Source: Nitrospinota bacterium (GTDB taxonomy: Bacteria; JADFOP01). Taken from it: 35,966 nucleotides of DNA. Shown here piece by piece: positions 30,176-35,966 of this stretch. The stretch's first letter is position 1, and each line of letters begins with the position of its first letter. The position numbers and the translations under genes were made by a program. The stretch spans positions 1-35,966 of the forward strand of contig JADFOP010000018.1 in assembly GCA_022562795.1 (NCBI GenBank), in the 5' to 3' direction. The notes under the pieces are model-generated. The model saw only the letters and a list, made by a program, of their open reading frames with translations, was not told the origin of the DNA and did not search any database.

Positions 30176-31000
30176 ATGATTAGAAGGACACCTGTCCGCG
30201 CTCTTAGGTTTTTGAGTCGAGGAGAACACAAACTGATGGTGATGTTGCGTGCCTATTGTGATGCCAGCGGAAAATCCGACAATCCCAATGATGTAATGGT
30301 TACTATTGGCGGCGTCGTTTCTTCTTTGGAGCAATGGGAGCAATTTGAACCTGAATGGTCAGCTATGCTTGACAGTTTCGATGTTACAGAACTTCACATG
30401 AAGTATTTGGCCCATTGCAGGGGGGAATATGAAGGATGGGACGAAAGCAAAAGGCGGAGCTTTTTGGGACATGCTATCAAGATAATGGACAGACATTGTG
30501 AAGGCTATATGGGAGCCACAATGCCGATAGAGGTTTTTGATAGCCTTAAGGCTGAACACAAGGAAAAATTGGTTGACCCATATTTCCCTTGCTTCTTTGC
30601 AAACATCGGCGGTCTGATGATTTGCGCCGACCATCTGGGACCCGAAGAAAAGGTGGAAATGACCGTCGAGGGCGAACCTGGTTTTATGGGCAAAGCAACG
30701 GAATTTTGGGAGCGAGCCAGAAATGAAGGCCCACCTGGATTTAGGGAAAGACTTGGAACATTGACCGTGGGCGCATCTTCTAGAGAGGTTCTCCCTCTCC
30801 AGGTAGCGGATTTGGTGGCTTACGAAGTGAACAAATATCTCTCTTCTGAATATATGTACCGACAACATGGCAAAGCCCTACCAACAAAATGGCCCAGGTG
30901 GACATTTAAACAAATTAAAAAAGAGATGGATGGGCAAAAAAGGATGGTGCTTGTTGAGGTTTTTGACCGCAGAACCGTAAAAAAGTGGTTTGGAATTTAG
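30176..31000 (+). CDS. DUF3800-like protein, IS passenger (alternative start 30236)
   Basis: N-terminal AYCDASG, W..FE.EW..ML, ELHM, C-terminal PLQVADLVAYE. Confidence 0.75.
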   Translation: MIRRTPVRALRFLSRGEHKLMVMLRAYCDASGKSDNPNDVMVTIGGVVSSLEQWEQFEPEWSAMLDSFDVTELHMKYLAHCRGEYEGWDESKRRSFLGHAIKIMDRHCEGYMGATMPIEVFDSLKAEHKEKLVDPYFPCFFANIGGLMICADHLGPEEKVEMTVEGEPGFMGKATEFWERARNEGPPGFRERLGTLTVGASSREVLPLQVADLVAYEVNKYLSSEYMYRQHGKALPTKWPRWTFKQIKKEMDGQKRMVLVEVFDRRTVKKWFGI

Positions 31001-31038
31001 AAGCTCGTTTCTAATACCCTATACTTTGGGAAAACTTA

Positions 31039-31926
31039 TCAACGGACTAAGCTCTGGTAAGAAAGAGCCTCTGAGCCAATGAGCTTACGAAGCGTATCCC
31101 GAAAGAGATATGGATTGTCTCGGTTGTTGAACCGCCATTCAAGCTCATCGAGGTAGGCGTCAAGATGCTTTGCGCTGAGTTTATGGTAGGTGCCCGTTAT
31201 GGACCGCTTCAAGAGGCTCCAGACGTTTTCGATGGTATTGGTGTGGGCATCTTTCACAACGTATTCACCCTTGCGGTGGGTAACGGTCTTATGCTGAGTG
31301 TCATGGTCCCCTATGCCCCTATAAGAAGGCCAGTCGTCGGTGTAGATGGTCTCGGTCTTATCCTCGGTGTGCTTCTTAATGAACTCATGCAGGGTTTTTC
31401 TATCGAGTCCATGAACGACCTGGAGGCGAGTCTTACCACCACGCTGGACGACTCCAACAACGATACTTTTATTCCCCCTGTAGCCATGGCCTACACCCTT
31501 CTTTTTGCCGCCCACCCACGTTTCGTCAACCTCTACCTTTCCGCTCAATTTCGGCGGATCGGTCTCGGTCATGGCATTACGGATGCGGTGGCAGAGATAC
31601 CAAGCGGTCTTATACGAGACCCCAATGGTTCGCTTGATTTGATTGGCAGAGACACCCTTTTTGGACTCCAACATCAGATAGATGGTGACGAACCACTTAG
31701 AAAGTGGAAGGTGGCTATCGTGGAAGATGGTTCCTGCCGTTACGGTGAACTGGTAGCGACATGAGTTGCAATCGAACCTCTTATACTTCTCGATTCGGGA
31801 GATGCTTTTTGACTCGCATCGTGGACACCCTACGCCGTCGGGCCAGCGTAATTCCTCTAGGATGGCGCGGCACTCATCCTCGTCGTTGTATTTTTCGATT
31901 AGCTCTATTAGGTTTATCTCTAACAT
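31039..31926 (-). CDS. IS1595-family (ISXO2-like) DDE transposase
   Basis: RWPDG..CPRC..CNSC zinc ribbon, HTH (VSYKTAW), VEVDETWVGG, IYTDD, HTNTIEN.WSLLKR, YLDE..WRFNNR; intact ORF. Confidence 0.95.
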   Translation of the reverse strand: MLEINLIELIEKYNDEDECRAILEELRWPDGVGCPRCESKSISRIEKYKRFDCNSCRYQFTVTAGTIFHDSHLPLSKWFVTIYLMLESKKGVSANQIKRTIGVSYKTAWYLCHRIRNAMTETDPPKLSGKVEVDETWVGGKKKGVGHGYRGNKSIVVGVVQRGGKTRLQVVHGLDRKTLHEFIKKHTEDKTETIYTDDWPSYRGIGDHDTQHKTVTHRKGEYVVKDAHTNTIENVWSLLKRSITGTYHKLSAKHLDAYLDELEWRFNNRDNPYLFRDTLRKLIGSEALSYQSLVR

Positions 31927-31941
31927 CGTGAGGCTCCCTTA

Positions 31942-32094
31942 ATGAGCAAGAAAAAGAAGAAGAAAAAAGCCACCGACCAGACCACGGAGGAAATCATGGG
32001 GCGGGTCTTTCCCAAGCGAGTCGTCAAGAAGATTCGCAAGGCTATCGAGGATAAAGACCATCGCTCCAAGCCTCCTAAGAGATACAATAGGTGA
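31942..32094 (+). CDS. Putative 50-aa basic protein inside the IS
   Basis: MSKKKKKKKATDQTTEEIMGRVFPKRVVKKIRKAIEDKDHRSKPPKRYNR; GAGG upstream; fills the space between the transposase start and the TIR. Confidence 0.5.
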   Translation: MSKKKKKKKATDQTTEEIMGRVFPKRVVKKIRKAIEDKDHRSKPPKRYNR

Positions 32095-32229
32095 ATGGGA
32101 ACCCTTTGTCAAGTATATAATCGCGGTTATTTTTATGGGGTTTTTTGGGATTATTTGGGGTTTTTATGGGTAAAGGGAAGAATTCGAGCGCCTGCTGCCG
32201 CGGACGGTGGGGTCGGCGGCCTCGGTGAG

Positions 32230-33123
32230 CTAATCATCGACGAGGTCTTCGGCCTCGTCGGGGTCGATCTTTTTGACCTCTTCTAGAGCCATCTGGCGCT
32301 CCTCAGTCGTCTTGGCCAAGTGATACCTCGTGACGGCCGCGTTCACAGTCGCGTCCTTGCGCTCCTCGGCAAGCTCCTCGGCGTCCATCTCCATGAGATC
32401 CTCGGCCTCGTCCTCGTCGAGCCTCTTCAGAATCGAGAGGGCCCGCTGCCGCTCTGCCTCCGTCGTCGCTAAAAGGAAATCCTGGCGGGCCTGCTCCAGC
32501 TCTGCCTCCTCTCGTTCCTCGGCCATGTCCTCCTCATCCAAATCCTCCAGGTCCTCGGCCTCGTCCTCGTCGAGCTCCCTAATCTCCTCCAGGATGGCCT
32601 GCCGCTCGGCGTCCGTCTTGGCCAGCAGGAACCTCCGTTGGGCGGCCTCCAGGGCCTCCTCCGACACGTCTTCATCGTCACTATCTTCGTCGCGGTCCTT
32701 ATCCCTCTTCTTCCGCCTTTCTCTCGACACGGTGGCCTTACGCTTCCTGGGCTGCGGCGTCCCGGTGGCGAGGACCGCCAGCTTGAGCGCTCCCGAGGAG
32801 ACCTTGGCAAGCAGGGTGCTCGGAAGACCCGTAAGGCGGATGAGGGACTCGATGACCTCCTCCAGCGTAACCTTCTCGTAGGTGGCCGTCACGGGCTCAT
32901 AGGGGATGTTCTCCCCGCCCTTAAGCAGAAGCCCGCACTTCTCCTCGAGGGCCCTAAAGACGTCCGGGGCCAGGGCTTCCCGCGCCTCGAGGCTCAGCAG
33001 CTTCCCCTCCTCGCAGCTAAGCTTGATCGTCCCTTTGGTCTCGGCGGCGAAGACGCCTGCGGCCAGCGCAAGCGCGATGGCCAGCGCGGCACAGGCAGTC
33101 AAATACCCCCTTGAAATTCCCAT
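32230..33123 (-). CDS. Exported hypothetical protein with a secretin-N0/STN-like domain and three acidic helical repeats
   Basis: Signal peptide ending GVFA; RBS AGGAGG; LSLEAREA...VFRAL...G...VTATYEKVTLEEVIESL; 51-aa repeats. Confidence 0.7.
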   Translation of the reverse strand: MGISRGYLTACAALAIALALAAGVFAAETKGTIKLSCEEGKLLSLEAREALAPDVFRALEEKCGLLLKGGENIPYEPVTATYEKVTLEEVIESLIRLTGLPSTLLAKVSSGALKLAVLATGTPQPRKRKATVSRERRKKRDKDRDEDSDDEDVSEEALEAAQRRFLLAKTDAERQAILEEIRELDEDEAEDLEDLDEEDMAEEREEAELEQARQDFLLATTEAERQRALSILKRLDEDEAEDLMEMDAEELAEERKDATVNAAVTRYHLAKTTEERQMALEEVKKIDPDEAEDLVDD

Positions 33124-33179
33124 CGTTCCCTCCTGCGCTGCGTAAAGGGATAATCCCGCGTGAGGCCCGTATGAGGCGT

Positions 33180-33349
33180 GTCCCTACGGGGCCGCTATCA
33201 TTATATGGACAGCCTTTATGGTTGTCCAGCTAATATTGATGTCTGGGTTTCGCCTGAGTTTCGCCTGCGACGGACTGTCCGCTGATTTTAAGGCGTCGGG
33301 GTTCCGCCTGAGGCGGACCTAAGGCGGAACTACCCGGGATGGCTGTCCG
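33180..33349. repeat. Second, degenerate REP/palindrome cluster
   Basis: GTCCCTAC (33180), GGACAGCCTTTATGGTTGTCC (33207-33227), TCCGCCTGAGGCGGACCTAAGGCGGA (33303-33328), GGCTGTCCG (33341). Confidence 0.7.
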
Positions 33350-33350
33350 C

Positions 33351-34754
33351 TCAAGGTAGCACCCGGCCGCGCATGTGGGCTGGCGCGGGCAGGCCCATGA
33401 GAGCCAGGAGGGTGGGCGCGACGTCGAGGTAGCTCATCTCCTCCGACTCCCCGACCGGCTCTCCCTTGGGGTGGCGCATGATGAAGAGCCCGTGGGTGGC
33501 GTGGTTGGCGTCGTCGGGGCCGGTGTCGTTCTCGAACCGGTGTATCTCGCCCCAGCCCAACGTCCCGATGGAGCGCCAAGCCAGGTCGCCGAAGTAGACG
33601 AAGAGGTCCGGGGGGATGCCCCGCACCGTATCGAAGACCTCCTCGGGGCGGTGGACGCGGGTATGGATGGGGCGGCCCCGCTCGTCGCCCAGGGCCTCCA
33701 GCCTGGCCTTGAGCTCCGAGCGGACGACCTCGTAGGCGGCCGGGGCGACGACGCCCTCCGGCTCGCGCCCCTTCACATTGAGGCAGAGCCTCCCGTAGTA
33801 TCCACCGTAGCCCCAGGCGGTCGTCTTAGACCACTCGACCATCTCATGGCTCAAGGGGGTCCCGGGAGGGTGATCCCCCTTGATCGTCAGGTAGCCCTCG
33901 CGCTGGAGCCACCCGTTTATGCAGATGCCGCCGAGCATCGCCTGGGCCCCGTGGTCCGAGCAGACGACGACGGCGGTCTCGTCGTCGAAGCAGGCCATCA
34001 ACTCTGCGATCTGCTCGTCGAGGAAGCGGTAGTAGTCGGGGATCGCGCGGGCCAGGCGGTGGCCGGGCTCGTGCTTGGGATGGGCCGGGTCGAAGTATTT
34101 CCAGAAGCCGTGGTGGAGCCTATCGAGCCCCATCTCCACCATCATGAAAAAGTCCCACGGACGGGTTGTAACCAGGTGCCGGGCCTGATCGAAGCGCTGA
34201 CGGCCCATGGCGTAAATCCGCTGGAGCAGGCCGTCCTTGTCGTCGGTCCGAAAGTCCTCAACATCCATAATGTGGGGGCCGGCGACCCGCTCCAGCTCTT
34301 CTTTGAGAGAGGCCGGATAGGTGAACTCGGACTCCCGGCTGGGCGTCAGGAAGCAGGAGACCAGCTCGCCGTTTACAGCCGTAGGGGGGTAGGTCTGGGG
34401 GACGCTGAGGACGATGACCCGCCTGCCTGCCTGGGAGGCGATGTCCCAGACCCGAGGGGCGGTGACCGCTTTCGAAGAAGCGGTGGTCAGCTGGTCGTAG
34501 GAGTAGTCGGCCCGGATTCTAAAGCCGTAGAAGCCGAGCTCCCCCGGCGATAGGCTCGTGAGCATGGCGGTCCAGGCCGGTACGGTGATGGGCGGATCGG
34601 TGGAGCGCATACGGCTCGACCAGCCCTCCTGGGCGAGCCGGCGAAGGGTGGGCAGCTCGTCCCGCAACGACTCGAAGACGAGCGATGGCTCGGCGCAGTC
34701 GAGGCCGATGACGGCGAGCCGCTTGGCGGGCTGGAGAGGGCGGGTGTCAGGCAT
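33351..34754 (-). CDS. Alkaline phosphatase superfamily (phosphodiesterase/NPP-like) protein
   Basis: VIGLDCA, STDPPITVPAW, DRLHHGFW, SDHG, DDANHA..G.FI, DVAPTLL; ATG 34754 after AAGGA; no signal peptide. Confidence 0.88.
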   Translation of the reverse strand: MPDTRPLQPAKRLAVIGLDCAEPSLVFESLRDELPTLRRLAQEGWSSRMRSTDPPITVPAWTAMLTSLSPGELGFYGFRIRADYSYDQLTTASSKAVTAPRVWDIASQAGRRVIVLSVPQTYPPTAVNGELVSCFLTPSRESEFTYPASLKEELERVAGPHIMDVEDFRTDDKDGLLQRIYAMGRQRFDQARHLVTTRPWDFFMMVEMGLDRLHHGFWKYFDPAHPKHEPGHRLARAIPDYYRFLDEQIAELMACFDDETAVVVCSDHGAQAMLGGICINGWLQREGYLTIKGDHPPGTPLSHEMVEWSKTTAWGYGGYYGRLCLNVKGREPEGVVAPAAYEVVRSELKARLEALGDERGRPIHTRVHRPEEVFDTVRGIPPDLFVYFGDLAWRSIGTLGWGEIHRFENDTGPDDANHATHGLFIMRHPKGEPVGESEEMSYLDVAPTLLALMGLPAPAHMRGRVLP

Positions 34755-34823
34755 AGGTCTATCCTTATATAAATAAGAGACACCATATACCACACCGGAG
34801 GCGCCCCGGCAAAGCCAGGAGGC

Positions 34824-35303
34824 TTAGACGTCTCTAAGCCGTCCAGATGCGGAATCCTCCGGCTGAGGGGTCGGAGCGAAGCCCCGGCGGATGGTGTTCT
34901 CGGAGATGGTGACGGGCTCCAGGAACTGGAGGAGGTAGTCGGGCCCGCCGGCCTTGCTTCCGACCCCGCTCATGCCGAAGCCGCCGAAGGGCTGGCGGCC
35001 CACGAGGGCCCCGGTGATGGGGCGGTTGATGTAGAGGTTGCCGACCCTGAACGAGCGGCGGGCCGCCTCCAGGTGGGCCGGGTCTCTCGAGTAGACCCCT
35101 CCTGTGAGCCTGTATGGGCTGGCGTTGGCGAGCTCCAGGGCTTCGTCGAAATCCCTGGCGCGAAATAGGGTTAAGACGGGCCCGAAAATCTCCTCGGTGT
35201 GCAGGCGCATCGTGGGGGTGACATTCGCCACTACAGTCGGTGTGTAGAAGTATCCGCGTGGCATATCCGCCGGGCGCGAACCCCCCACCAGCACCTCGGC
35301 CCC
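34824..35303 (-). other. 3' fragment of a P5C dehydrogenase (PutA/PruA-type aldehyde dehydrogenase)
   Basis: EEIFGPVL, VGNLYINRPITGALVGRQPFGG, GSKAGGPDYLLQF, ENTIRRGFAP. Confidence 0.85.
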
Positions 35304-35430
35304 GGGTGGGTCGCTGCTCATCGTGATCGACGCCCAGTTCGGCGTTAGTTCGGCCACCAGATGCTGGCGCTCACCGCCGCCGATGACATCCAGCTCGCGA
35401 ACTTCGGCCAGGAATCGTTCCGCGACGAAC
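35285..35430 (-). other. Fragment resembling a PEGA-domain protein
   Basis: L.PNWASITMSSDPPGAEVLV.G matches the PEGA S.P.GA.V.VDG pattern. Confidence 0.5.
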
Positions 35431-35705
35431 TCGATCATCGAAAACAGCGGCTGAATAATGGCCCAGCCGATGCCGATGGCCGACTGCGCGTAGCGGACCT
35501 TGATGCTTCGCCAGATGAGGAAGCGGAACAGGTCGCGATAGGCGTAGAGTTCTTTCAGATCAAGTAACCGCCACCCGGAGCGCGCCTCGATGACGGTGAT
35601 GGGGACGTCTGGCGAAGCCGCCACGATTTCAGCCGACGGAGAGAAACCCAACGCGTCAACCGTCGTAGCGGATTCGGTTCCTGAGTCTTCAACTGCGGTT
35701 TGCAT
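35431..35705 (-). other. 5' fragment of an ABC-2 polysaccharide export permease (Wzm/TagG-like)
   Basis: LDLKELYAYRDLFRFLIWRSIKVRYAQSAIGIGWAIIQPL. Confidence 0.8.
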
Positions 35706-35895
35706 GTTTCGCGTTCAATACAATAAGGAGAGGATGCCATGTTAAGACGATTTCAGCGGCCTTAGTGCGTTTTTCAAGGATTTTGCACAGTCGAAATCCG
35801 TCACGAACAAACTCACTCGGTTTCTCCCGAACGGCCTGGACTAACGGACCATCATACATCTTGAGTCGTGGAAGAATCTCCGGGGCATCCCATCG

Positions 35896-35966
35896 ATGGG
35901 GGAACAGATTGAAGTGCTGGAACACCATCCCGACTTCCTGGCGCAGCCGGTTCAGGTCGGTCTTGG
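35896..35966 (-). other. Fragment of a polar amino-acid ABC ATP-binding gene (GlnQ-like)
   Basis: KTDLNRLRQEVGMVFQHFNLFPH Q-loop region, followed abruptly by unrelated sequence. Confidence 0.75.

Larger units (their letters stand above)
30120..32125 (-). mobile_element. IS1595-family insertion sequence with passenger gene (2006 bp)
   Basis: TIRs GGCGTATATATACTTGACGAAGG (30120-30142) and, in reverse complement, CGCGATTATATACTTGACAAAGG (32103-32125); 8-bp direct repeat GTTATTTT at 30112-30119 and 32126-32133; visibly lower GC than flanking genes. Confidence 0.93.

Noticed and set aside
30165-30205. DUF3800-associated ncRNA in the passenger leader
   Set aside because: Only a short GC stem is visible and it overlaps a plausible coding extension; needs an Infernal search before any claim.
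33351-34754. AlkP-family protein as the T2SS substrate
   Set aside because: No Sec or Tat signal peptide is visible.
34824-35705. Novel Wzm-PEGA-dehydrogenase fusion protein
   Set aside because: Every part is a truncated domain; best explained as an assembly chimera.

Overview
Bacterial, mostly GC-rich window that looks like a draft metagenome or single-cell scaffold: it has a 10-N gap and in-frame gene chimeras near both ends. Left to right it holds an NMO/FabX-like flavoprotein, a truncated DUF151 nuclease, and a membrane-anchored linalool dehydratase/isomerase (Ldi/Lis)-family gene in two pieces. Next come ntrB-ntrC with an NtrC box over their promoter, a near-consensus sigma54 promoter plus hairpin leader ahead of glmU-glmS, a minus-strand block (SDR, fumC, small Cys protein, exported YyaL-like protein) and a REP/palindrome cluster. 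Then follow a prepilin peptidase, a TPR lipoprotein and a type II secretion operon (gspD-E-F-G-H-I-J-K-L-M-C-like) whose lipoprotein secretin is frameshifted. Just upstream of gspD is a complete 2006-bp IS1595-family element (TIRs, 8-bp TSD) carrying a DUF3800-like passenger and an uncalled 50-aa ORF. The window ends with an exported secretin-N0-like/acidic-repeat protein, an AlkP-superfamily gene and a mosaic of unrelated gene fragments. Best leads: the cargo-carrying IS1595, sigma54-linked glmUS, the Lis-like enzyme and the acidic-repeat protein next to the T2SS. All family calls come from motif recognition by eye; no searches were run.
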